Assembly: GCA_025349965.1 (NCBI GenBank)
Contig: CP075337.1
Location: 720,001-752,000 of the forward strand
DNA from: Candidatus Saccharimonadota bacterium
GTDB taxonomy: Bacteria; Patescibacteriota; Saccharimonadia; Saccharimonadales; Saccharimonadaceae
Length of the DNA stretch: 32,000 bases
Reading direction: 5' to 3'
Position numbers and translations under genes: made by a program. Of the stretch, positions 23,241-31,266 are shown one piece after another; within the stretch, counting starts at the first letter, position 1; each line of letters begins with the position of its first letter. A model generated the notes under the pieces. The model did no database searches. It was not told the origin of the DNA and worked only from the letters and a program-made list of their open reading frames with translations.

Positions 23241-26081
23241 ATGGAGCGATTTGGGATCACTCCGTACACTAGGGCTTTAAAAGGGTTCTCTGTACGGACT
23301 ATCTTCATGTTTGTCATCGCCGCCTTTGGTGCGGCATTATTATGGGCAACCCTATTCGCTCAACCTACTCACGCACAGGGTGCAGCTGCCGACTGGAATG
23401 GCGCCTCACTTCAATACGATGGACGGCAGTACGTCGATGCGGGCAAAGCCAAGCGAAACGAGTTTCCAGGCATTAGCGAGAACGCTCCGTACTTTACCTC
23501 AAGCAGCACTCCAAGCAATAGCAATGGACCGCAGAGCAATAACGTCCCTCGCGATGTATACATTCTCTACTTTACCCCTGGCGTAGACCCACCAAGTGCA
23601 AAAAATGCACAACATGTGAAATTCACCTACAACCCTGCAACTAAAACATACAGCAATCCCCGTGAGCAAACGTCAGTAGCGATTCAGGGCACTCCTGGCC
23701 AAAATGCAACTACCTGTGCTGTCGAGGGGGTTGGCTGGATGGTGTGTCAGATAAGCAGCTTCCTTGCTACTGGTATGGACTGGGTGTTTGAGGCGATTAG
23801 CGGCTTCATGGAAGTTCAGCCCCTTACAACGAGCCAAGATAGCGGCCTCTACGTAGGCTGGAATGTTATGCGTAATATTGCGAACGTTGCGTTCATTATA
23901 GTTTTCCTTATTATTGTTTACGCGCAGCTTACCGGGACATTCGCCGGGACATACGGTATCAAGAAGCTTCTTCCGCGACTCATCATCGCAGCGATTCTCG
24001 TCAACCTCTCTTACATCATCTGTGCAATCGCAGTAGACCTTTCTAATATAATCGGATACTCGCTCCAAAATATATTCATTGAGCTCCGCAACCAAATCTT
24101 CCACGTTGATAGTGAAACATGGAACAAGGACTACATGCTCAGCTGGGAAAGTATCACTGGGTTTATCCTTTCGGGTGGAACCGCTGCGCTCGGTGCTGGA
24201 GTAGGAACCTTTGCAGCACTCGCAGCAACTGGTGGTACCGTCATTGGTGCAATCTATCTGCTCCTGCCAGCACTCATGGGACTTATTGTTGCCATTCTTG
24301 TAGTACTCCTTATCCTCGCAGCCCGCCAGGCAATCATCACTGTCATGATTCTTATAGCGCCACTCGCGTTTGTCGCCTATCTCCTCCCCAATACCGAAAA
24401 GTGGTTTGATAAATGGCGCGGTCTCTTGATGACGATGCTTATCTTCTTCCCTGCCTTTGCGGTTATCTTCGGAGGCTCTCAACTTGCCGGCGCGATTATC
24501 ATTCAGAACGCACAATCGATTAACATTCTTATTCTCGGGATGATTGTTCAAGTTGCACCGCTCGTTATTACACCATTCCTCCTTAAATTCAGCGGAAGTC
24601 TTCTTGGGCGTATCGCAGGGCTCGTTAACAACCCTAACAGGGGGCTTATTGACCGAACTCGTAAGTTTGCCGATTCACGCGCAGCACGACACCGTAATCG
24701 CGGTATTAGTGGTGAAGATATGAAGGGGCGCCCAGGCGAGCTTCGTCGTCGTAACTTTGCACGCCAAGCATCACGCTGGGCAAATAACTTTAGCCGTGAT
24801 TTTGATGAGAAAGCAAAGAATTCACAGACGGCTGCAGATAATGCGTATCATAGCTCTCGTGGTTACCAGAAGATTCACGAAAATGCAGCACTTCATGATA
24901 CCAATAAAGACACCGTTCATGCCCGTAATGACGCACATATCGAAGGAATCCGCTCTACACCAGGCTCAAGGTTGAGTGTTGCTACAAAGACACTCGAAAC
25001 CGAGAAGCAGGGTCTTGAGGCAAACAAGACTCGCACCACTGCTATGATAGAGAAACTACGCGCCGATGAAAGCTCGGAGCTTCACATGAACACACTACGT
25101 ACAAAGGCGGGTGAGGCTACCGTTGATCAGTTGAATAATCAGAATGCTCGCATGATGGAAGAGTACAAGTCTGGCAAGCTCGTGCGCACTGGCGAGGCGG
25201 ATACGTTGATGCGCGAAATGAAGGAAGCGACGATTCAAGCAAACGCACAAAAACAAGGCACGACATCAGCTCAATACGAAACCGCGCGAGCTTTCGCAGA
25301 TGCGATGAACGTTGACTCTGTTGCGGGTGAAGCACTCCGTAAAGTTGCCGCAGGTATCGGTGGCCGCTCCGGAGAGGTGCGTGCTCGTGCAAGCGCCAAA
25401 GCAACACTTGATAAATTAAATTCAGACGTACGCCAAGCAAACGTTCAGTACATTGAAGATGTTGCTCTTAGTAGCGGAGAGGGGCTCAAGCAGTACTCCG
25501 CAGGTGTTGTTACTGCACGCCTCGAAGGGAAGGCTGATTACAAAGGCCGTGCAATTGATGACGATATCTTTGCCGCAGCACTCGAGGCACAAGCCAAAGA
25601 GAAGAACATCGGTCTATTCGAAAAGATTCGCGGTGTCACACATCTTGATCAACAGCTCATCAGCGAAACAATTCACCGCAACAAGGATGCCTTCAAGGGC
25701 GCGGGTGGCTTCCACCTTCAAGATGACCTCAGTCTTAATGCGGCCGTTCTTGGCGTCGAAGAATACAACAAGCGACTCGCAGGAGCTCGGATTGGAACTC
25801 TCGGCAACGTCTCTGCGAATAACATGGCAGGTCTTAAGTTTGGCTGGGTCGCAGGCCTCGCCGACACAAGTTCTGGTGGCACGCTCGAGACAAGTATCAA
25901 CAATGCAAGTCTACCAGACCTCATAAAGGCTTACAGGAACGTCAAAACAGCCCTTACTGACCCTACGGTGCGCGCGACTATTGGTGATCGTATCGATGAA
26001 CTCTCTGCTATCGAGCAAGCACTTGCACAAAAAATCAGCGGCGCAGGGAATCCCCTTCCGGACGTTACTGCAGAAAAATAA
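23241..26081 (+). CDS. VirB6/TrbL-like polytopic membrane protein (946 aa) with signal peptide, ectodomain, multi-TM core and a hydrophilic C-terminal domain of about 470 aa
   Basis: Signal peptide ...LWATLFAQPTHAQG. Cys pair TTCAVEGVGWMVCQ. At least 6 long hydrophobic segments between roughly residues 210 and 470, for example LLPRLIIAAILVNLSYIICAIAVDL and LLLPALMGLIVAILVVLLILAARQAIITVMILIAPLAFVAYLLP. Charged, coiled-coil-like tail. Confidence 0.6.
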   Translation: MERFGITPYTRALKGFSVRTIFMFVIAAFGAALLWATLFAQPTHAQGAAADWNGASLQYDGRQYVDAGKAKRNEFPGISENAPYFTSSSTPSNSNGPQSNNVPRDVYILYFTPGVDPPSAKNAQHVKFTYNPATKTYSNPREQTSVAIQGTPGQNATTCAVEGVGWMVCQISSFLATGMDWVFEAISGFMEVQPLTTSQDSGLYVGWNVMRNIANVAFIIVFLIIVYAQLTGTFAGTYGIKKLLPRLIIAAILVNLSYIICAIAVDLSNIIGYSLQNIFIELRNQIFHVDSETWNKDYMLSWESITGFILSGGTAALGAGVGTFAALAATGGTVIGAIYLLLPALMGLIVAILVVLLILAARQAIITVMILIAPLAFVAYLLPNTEKWFDKWRGLLMTMLIFFPAFAVIFGGSQLAGAIIIQNAQSINILILGMIVQVAPLVITPFLLKFSGSLLGRIAGLVNNPNRGLIDRTRKFADSRAARHRNRGISGEDMKGRPGELRRRNFARQASRWANNFSRDFDEKAKNSQTAADNAYHSSRGYQKIHENAALHDTNKDTVHARNDAHIEGIRSTPGSRLSVATKTLETEKQGLEANKTRTTAMIEKLRADESSELHMNTLRTKAGEATVDQLNNQNARMMEEYKSGKLVRTGEADTLMREMKEATIQANAQKQGTTSAQYETARAFADAMNVDSVAGEALRKVAAGIGGRSGEVRARASAKATLDKLNSDVRQANVQYIEDVALSSGEGLKQYSAGVVTARLEGKADYKGRAIDDDIFAAALEAQAKEKNIGLFEKIRGVTHLDQQLISETIHRNKDAFKGAGGFHLQDDLSLNAAVLGVEEYNKRLAGARIGTLGNVSANNMAGLKFGWVAGLADTSSGGTLETSINNASLPDLIKAYRNVKTALTDPTVRATIGDRIDELSAIEQALAQKISGAGNPLPDVTAEK

Positions 26082-26091
26082 ATACTATCCA

Positions 26092-26754
26092 CTACTTTTC
26101 AATAGGTGTCGCATCTTCCACACCCCACCACCCCACCTTCGTACGTCGAAGTTCAGAACAATAGGCACCCGTATCAAGAACCTTGCCGATATCTTCAGCA
26201 AGTGTACGAATATACGTCCCGCTGCTTACATGAGTGCGTATGCGTAGATTTGGATAGGTGTAATCAATCAGTTCAAGCGCGTGGATTGTTACCGTGCGCT
26301 CCGGCATTTCAACCGCCTCGCCCTTGCGCGCAAGGTCATAGGCGCGGCGTCCGTTAATCTTAATAGCACTAAAGATTGGCGGGCGTTGTTTTATTTCGCC
26401 CGTAAATTGCTCAAGCGCCGCCTGTACTGCAGCATCCGTTGGTACAACGTCTGATACATCAGTAATTTCACCCTCTGGATCACCCGTAGAACTGGTCTGC
26501 CCAAGACAAATCGTCGCCTCGTACTCTTTATCGAGTTTGGAATACTGCATGGCATTGCGGCACTCTTTTCCGGTCACAATAATCATCAGGCCGGTCGCAA
26601 ATGGGTCAAGCGTCCCGGTATGTCCTACTTTGGCTTTTTTACCAAGAACCTCCGATAGACGACGGCGCACACGAGCAACAACCCCAAAACTGGTGATGCC
26701 GGCGGGTTTATCTACAAGCTGAACGCTATGCTCTTCAAGAACAAGCATTGTCAC
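26092..26754 (-). CDS. truB: tRNA pseudouridine(55) synthase TruB
   Basis: LVDKPAGITSFGVVARVRR...KVGHTGTLDPFATGLMIIVTG includes the catalytic Asp motif. GTG 26754 or ATG 26748 abuts the upstream stop. Confidence 0.93.
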   Translation of the reverse strand: MTMLVLEEHSVQLVDKPAGITSFGVVARVRRRLSEVLGKKAKVGHTGTLDPFATGLMIIVTGKECRNAMQYSKLDKEYEATICLGQTSSTGDPEGEITDVSDVVPTDAAVQAALEQFTGEIKQRPPIFSAIKINGRRAYDLARKGEAVEMPERTVTIHALELIDYTYPNLRIRTHVSSGTYIRTLAEDIGKVLDTGAYCSELRRTKVGWWGVEDATPIEK

Positions 26755-28569
26755 CTACTGCTGTGCTGGGATCTGATATTGACCAGGGTCCGCAGAATAA
26801 GCCCCTGACGGCTGCGCAGGTTGCTGTGGGACTGGTGCGGCCACAAGTGGCACCGTCGCAGACTGCGAAGCAGCCGAAGCCTCTCCGTCAACTGCATATG
26901 CGCTCGACATGCCTACATCAGTCATAGGAATGACCTGTGGTGCTTCTGGAGCAGGGTTTAAGATGTCACCGAGAATCTGGGTTGGCTCAGATGGTGGCAA
27001 CGGCAATGCCGGGGCAGGAGCTGCACCCATTTGTGAAAAATCAGGAATCGGCGGAGGCATAGGAAGCGTCATGTCCGGCGCAGGCAGAGGAGCCTCGACA
27101 GCCCCCTGCTCAAGACCGTATGCGTTCGCAGCTGGCGCAGAATCCTCTGCCGGTTGAGCGAGTGCACTAATATCATGAAGTGGCTCAATTACCTTCTCTC
27201 CGTTCATTGCGTGCGCTGAGGCCACCTCAGTAAGCGAAGCAACATCTCCAGCAGGTACATCGTTCGGCTCGGCAACATCATTAACTGCGCCCTGTCCAGC
27301 TTCTGGCGTTGAAGCATCATCTCCCAAGTATGCGTGTGTGAGAATCGTCGCATTTTGAGTGCTTTCAGCAGCCTGTCGAGCATCGTCTTCAGCGCGAGCG
27401 GTTGTCGCATTGAGCGTTCCCCCTAATGCCGGCCCCTCTTCAGGAACGGGAGCCGCGCTTACGGCGGAGTGAATTTCACCAATTTCCGGTACTTCCGGCT
27501 GACTACCCTCAACAGGAAGAGATGACTCTTCTGGCTGAGGTCCATGCGCAGGGATTTCAGCGGCACGCTTTGCTTCTTCGGTGATAATTTCTTCTTGAGT
27601 TTTACCGCGAACGCGCTCGTCTAATTCAGCAAGGGTCTCGCCTTCATCCGTAGGAGCCTTTTTCACTGGTCGCTCTGATGGGTCATGGTGAATACTAAGC
27701 CCACCCGCACCGTCAGAGATTGCATCAGGCGTATCTGAATCTGATGGCTCTTCTGGAGCGCCCTCTTCTACTACTTCACTATTTATCACAGAAGTCTCAG
27801 TAGCCTCCGCGCTCTGGAGCTCATTAGCAATCAGCTGCTGGTCTGCGCCAGCTGACATAAGTGTTGCGGCGATAGTCATTGCGCGAGAGGTTGTACGCTC
27901 ATTACTGAAGCGCTCGGTCTCGGCGACAATACCCGTAAGCAGTGCTGTAGCGATTGGTGCAGTCAAAAGCTGCTCTTTCTTGTCCTTCTTGAGGCCATCA
28001 ACAAGACTTGCAACCATTTCACTAAGACTGCTTGCACCAGCATCACGCCAGTCTATGCCACCCAATGTACTTGTTTGGTCGCCGGCGGAAATAGTAACAA
28101 TTGCAGCGTCGTGAAGAATCTGCCCGTGATTATCGAGGGCTGCATCAAGATCTTCTTGACTATCCACCCCGACGGCGATAACAAGTTCAACGTTGTAGTC
28201 ACCTTGGCTAAATTCAAGATCCTCCTCTGTGATGGTTGTCTTGTACGGCGTAATGAAAATCTTCACCGCATCGTCAACCACTTTATAACGAAGATGGTCC
28301 GCCTTCTCTTTATTGAGAGCGATGATAAAGTCTCGAAGACTGTCTGTTGTGTCGTCAAACGTCTTTTCTGGCTCAAGGAACGCAAGCGCCGGTGGTGTCT
28401 CACCACTAAAGATTGCTGTTGCATACTTCTTCTGTTCATCCAAAAGAAGTGTAAGTCCAAGCGCCGCAGAAAGCGCATCCACCGAAGGGTTCTTTGACAC
28501 AGTCACCAGCACCTTCTCGGCCTGCTTGAGCTTGTCTATAACCTGCTGTTTTGTTTTTAGTTCGTCCAT
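26755..28569 (-). CDS. DHH/NrnA-like protein with degenerate catalytic motifs and an acidic Pro/Ala-rich disordered tail of about 340 aa
   Basis: The N-terminal 260 aa or so aligns by eye to the DHH-DHHA1 fold (ATALLTGIVAETERFSN, LMSAGAD). The motif I region is SKNPSVDALSA instead of HxxPDGDAxGS, and no DHH triplet is present (ISAGDQT). The C-terminal half is low complexity. Confidence 0.7.
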   Translation of the reverse strand: MDELKTKQQVIDKLKQAEKVLVTVSKNPSVDALSAALGLTLLLDEQKKYATAIFSGETPPALAFLEPEKTFDDTTDSLRDFIIALNKEKADHLRYKVVDDAVKIFITPYKTTITEEDLEFSQGDYNVELVIAVGVDSQEDLDAALDNHGQILHDAAIVTISAGDQTSTLGGIDWRDAGASSLSEMVASLVDGLKKDKKEQLLTAPIATALLTGIVAETERFSNERTTSRAMTIAATLMSAGADQQLIANELQSAEATETSVINSEVVEEGAPEEPSDSDTPDAISDGAGGLSIHHDPSERPVKKAPTDEGETLAELDERVRGKTQEEIITEEAKRAAEIPAHGPQPEESSLPVEGSQPEVPEIGEIHSAVSAAPVPEEGPALGGTLNATTARAEDDARQAAESTQNATILTHAYLGDDASTPEAGQGAVNDVAEPNDVPAGDVASLTEVASAHAMNGEKVIEPLHDISALAQPAEDSAPAANAYGLEQGAVEAPLPAPDMTLPMPPPIPDFSQMGAAPAPALPLPPSEPTQILGDILNPAPEAPQVIPMTDVGMSSAYAVDGEASAASQSATVPLVAAPVPQQPAQPSGAYSADPGQYQIPAQQ

Positions 28570-28622
28570 GGTTTTTTGTTTTGTCCTATTGTTTTTTGCT
28601 AGCGCAATAGACTATTTTCTTT

Positions 28623-28652
28623 ACTATACCATAAGAACTTTCAGGGGGTCAA
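28623..28652 (-). promoter_or_regulatory. Promoter of the DHH-like/truB operon (TTGACC-18-TGG TATAGT)
   Basis: Minus strand: TTGACCCCCTGAAAGTTCTTATGGTATAGT. Leader of about 50 nt. Confidence 0.55.
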
Positions 28653-28675
28653 TATATTTAGTATAGACCCAAAAA

Positions 28676-29764
28676 TTAAACTGCGATACAACGAACATTG
28701 AACCCAAGATTCTTAGCATTGCCACTCATCGCAGGAAAGATGTAGCCTGATGCACTAACACTCATGTAATATGCGTTGGTGGATGAGTACTGACTGGAGG
28801 ACCACAGTGTCGCACTAGTCCCAGGAACATTAAAGCCATAGTTGGTCACATTAGCACCAAACTGAATAAAAAATATTGACTTTAACATATTAACCCCGGC
28901 CACACCACTTCCAGCGCCCAGTGCAGCAATAAGCTGAGTAAACTCACCTGCTCCATCCCCTGTAGGAAGTCGCCAGCCAGCAGGACAAATAGAGACGTTC
29001 GTATTGGGAGCTGGAGTTGTTGCTTCTGCGCATGCGGCAGTGCTGGGTTGTCCATTAGTGCCGTTTTGAGCTCCCATTGCTGCGCACCAATTGTAATAAT
29101 ATCCATACTGAGGACTTGTCACCCCTCCGTCTGTAGACACCGACGGTTTAGTCGGAGTTGTTGTCGGGTTAGAGTTGCTATGAATAAAGTACTGAGGAGC
29201 AGTTACACTAACACCACCACCAAGAGTTCCTTTTGCTATAGTCTTAACATCCCCATACGCATTGCTCCCCCCTCCGGCATAGGCGAGATTAGTAAGCATC
29301 CAACAGTTACCGTCTACAAGCTTTTGCACCCAGTATGTATGGTTATTCCTAGCATCCACAGCCACCGTCTTGACAACTGGACAGCCAGCTGTAGTTATCG
29401 TTTGGATATATGGAGCGGGGCACTCACCGTCTGCAACATCCCCTTCTTCGGTAGTATGAAAAGCCCTTCCAGTAGAGTCATCGCCTGTAATTGAAAGGCA
29501 AAAAGTAGATCCCGTCATCTTAACATACGTTAGTACGTTCCCATTACTTTCCACCTTGATACTATCGGTCATCGTAGCAGGAAGGTCTTTATTCTTTGCT
29601 TGATACAATAACAAGTTGTCTGCCGTATTCTTCAAATCTGAACGCATGGATGATTCGGCCGCACTACTAGTGACACCCCTGTATGCCACAACAACAATGG
29701 CAGCAAGGATAGCAATAATAACCACGACAATTAGGAGCTCTACAATAGTAAATGCGCGCTTCAT
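28676..29764 (-). CDS. Modular type IV pilin: class III signal peptide + pilin head + C-terminal Fibrobacter-succinogenes-major-paralogous (TIGR02145-like) domain
   Basis: MKRA/FTIVELLIVVVIIAILAAIVV (Glu at +5). Cys-Cys loop FCLSITG...DGEC. C-terminal motifs CWMLTNL, YGYYYNWCAA, ICPAGWRLPT...EFTQL, LWSSS, GFNVRCIAV. The ORF-track start at 29791 is an upstream extension. Confidence 0.8.
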   Translation of the reverse strand: MKRAFTIVELLIVVVIIAILAAIVVVAYRGVTSSAAESSMRSDLKNTADNLLLYQAKNKDLPATMTDSIKVESNGNVLTYVKMTGSTFCLSITGDDSTGRAFHTTEEGDVADGECPAPYIQTITTAGCPVVKTVAVDARNNHTYWVQKLVDGNCWMLTNLAYAGGGSNAYGDVKTIAKGTLGGGVSVTAPQYFIHSNSNPTTTPTKPSVSTDGGVTSPQYGYYYNWCAAMGAQNGTNGQPSTAACAEATTPAPNTNVSICPAGWRLPTGDGAGEFTQLIAALGAGSGVAGVNMLKSIFFIQFGANVTNYGFNVPGTSATLWSSSQYSSTNAYYMSVSASGYIFPAMSGNAKNLGFNVRCIAV

Positions 29765-29773
29765 GTTGAGTTT

Positions 29774-29782
29774 AGTATAGCA
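29774..29782 (-). promoter_or_regulatory. Extended -10 TGCTATACT 9 nt upstream of the pilin ATG 29764
   Basis: Minus strand: CTTATGCTATACT AAACTCAAC ATG. Confidence 0.5.
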
Positions 29783-29902
29783 TAAGCACAATAAGCTACT
29801 GCACTGTTTAGCACCTCGCCCCAGCCTCTTTACTTTTCCTCAATTTTCCGCTATAATTACCCCTTGATTAGTGCTATAAATCTTAAGAGGTAAAGGAACT
29901 TC

Positions 29903-30277
29903 ATGCCAATCATCAAATCTGCTGTAAAGCGCGCAAAACAAACTATCGTACGCCGCGAGCGAAACATCGCTACTAAGAAGGCTGTTAAAGAAGCTACCAA
30001 GGCTTTCCTTGCAACTCCAAGCGCAGCAACTCTTTCTGCTGCACAGAGTGCAATTGACACTGCTGTAAAGAAAAACATTCTTGAAAAGAACACTGCTGCA
30101 CGTCGCAAGGCACTTCTTTCTAAGAAGGCAAAGGAAGCTGGTGTTAAGCTTACTGCTAAGAAGGCAGCTCCAAAGGCTGCGGCTAAGCCTGCTACCAAAG
30201 TAGCTACAAAGCCAGCTGCAAAGAAGGCTCCAGCAACTAAGAAGCCTGCTGCAAAAAAGACTCCGGCCAAGAAGTAG
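29903..30277 (+). CDS. rpsT: 30S ribosomal protein S20 with a Lys/Ala/Pro-rich C-terminal extension
   Basis: MPIIKSAVKRAKQTIVRRERN is a typical S20 N-terminus. The last 45 aa or so are AKKAAPKAAAKPATKVATKPAAKKAPATKKPAAKKTPAKK. Confidence 0.93.
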   Translation: MPIIKSAVKRAKQTIVRRERNIATKKAVKEATKAFLATPSAATLSAAQSAIDTAVKKNILEKNTAARRKALLSKKAKEAGVKLTAKKAAPKAAAKPATKVATKPAAKKAPATKKPAAKKTPAKK

Positions 30278-30292
30278 TACATCTTTATACAA

Positions 30293-30322
30293 ATACCCCG
30301 TCTGCGTGACGGGGTATTTTTT
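30293..30322. terminator. Strong hairpin terminator between convergent rpsT and holA
   Basis: ATACCCCGTC-TGCGT-GACGGGGTAT followed by TTTTTT on the plus strand. On the minus strand it is followed by the weaker TTTGTAT. Confidence 0.8.
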
Positions 30323-30335
30323 ATATAGCACGATC

Positions 30336-31256
30336 TTAGAAATCTTTATGAGCGATGCGAACAAGGAGACGCTCAACGAGCACCCACGGCTCCGCCTTGG
30401 AAGACTTTAAGTCTACATCCGCCTGCGCGCAAAGCTCTACCATTGCCAATGCACCTGGCGTGCCAAGACTACTCTTAAAGCGACGGAGTTTTGAAATAAC
30501 AAAAGGATGAACGCCGAAATCCTTGGCTGGGTCAGCCCCCTCTGGTGCAAGCACTGTCGCAGCCAGCGAAAAAACCTGGCTCACAATGAGCGCCATAAGA
30601 CGGTGCGGATCTTCAGACAGCGCAAGCGATTGCACCATTCGTGCCACCTCTTCTGCCCTGCCACCGAAAGCAGCCTCAAGAAGCTGAAAGGCGCTCTCTT
30701 CGGTTGATGGCACGATGGTTGCGTCAATAAGCACAGGTGTTATTTCAGTACCCTCTTCGAGGAGCGCCAAGACCGCTATTGCCTGCGAGAGACGCCATTG
30801 ATCAACACCAACTTTCGACACGAGATGCGCAGCCACGGGGCGTGAAAGCGTCAGACCTTGATCCGCCGCGTAATGCACCGCCCATGCCTGAACGCGCGCA
30901 CCGTCTTTTTCTGTCCAGGCTGGAAATTCTTTAATGTCAGCGCCTACTTTGAGCGCTTTATAGGTAGAGGTGCGCTTATCAAGTGATGGCTCAATCAATA
31001 CAAGGTGAATCGTATCACTCACTCGTGAGAGCCACTCGGGTAATTTAGCCCAGACAGCAGAACTGGCAGAAAGTTGATCAATAATAACGAGCCGGTTTTC
31101 CGCGAAAAGACTCACACCCATGAGCAGGTCTGGGATGTGCGCAAGTGTGAGCGAGGCGCCGTCAACGCGCTCAACTCCAGCAGTATATGAATCACTCAGC
31201 TCCGCCAAAGCTTGGCGGACTTCAAAGTTATTCTCCCCTGTCAGTACTGTAATCAT
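30336..31256 (-). CDS. holA: DNA polymerase III delta subunit
   Basis: MITVLTGENNFEVRQALAEL..., about 306 aa, with a HolA-like layout. Extended -10 TGTTATAAT (31266-31274) lies 9 nt upstream of ATG 31256 and overlaps the mutM stop codon. Confidence 0.8.
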   Translation of the reverse strand: MITVLTGENNFEVRQALAELSDSYTAGVERVDGASLTLAHIPDLLMGVSLFAENRLVIIDQLSASSAVWAKLPEWLSRVSDTIHLVLIEPSLDKRTSTYKALKVGADIKEFPAWTEKDGARVQAWAVHYAADQGLTLSRPVAAHLVSKVGVDQWRLSQAIAVLALLEEGTEITPVLIDATIVPSTEESAFQLLEAAFGGRAEEVARMVQSLALSEDPHRLMALIVSQVFSLAATVLAPEGADPAKDFGVHPFVISKLRRFKSSLGTPGALAMVELCAQADVDLKSSKAEPWVLVERLLVRIAHKDF

Positions 31257-31266
31257 ATCTGTTTTA

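Noticed and set aside
23673-24551. 292-aa minus-strand ORF antisense to the VirB6-like gene.
   Set aside because: The plus-strand frame gives a coherent signal peptide plus a multi-TM protein across 946 codons. The antisense product is low-complexity and Cys/Asn-rich with no start signals.
20263-26081. Integrated conjugative element or prophage interpretation of the accessory block.
   Set aside because: No integrase, recombinase, relaxase, VirB4/VirD4, capsid or terminase-like ORF is present, and I found no flanking direct repeats. rpsO and FKBP sit between the inserts. I therefore keep it only as a set of acquired cassettes.
28676-29100. Possible diversity-generating retroelement target, because a C-terminal lectin-type domain on a surface protein is a common DGR variable-region context in CPR genomes.
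   Set aside because: There is no reverse transcriptase gene, and I found no template-repeat copy of the 3' end of the gene anywhere in the window.
29840-30376. 178-aa and 141-aa minus-strand ORFs antisense to rpsT.
   Set aside because: They are artefacts of the AKP-repeat coding DNA (GCN/AAG-rich). rpsT has a canonical S20 N-terminus, an SD and a strong terminator.
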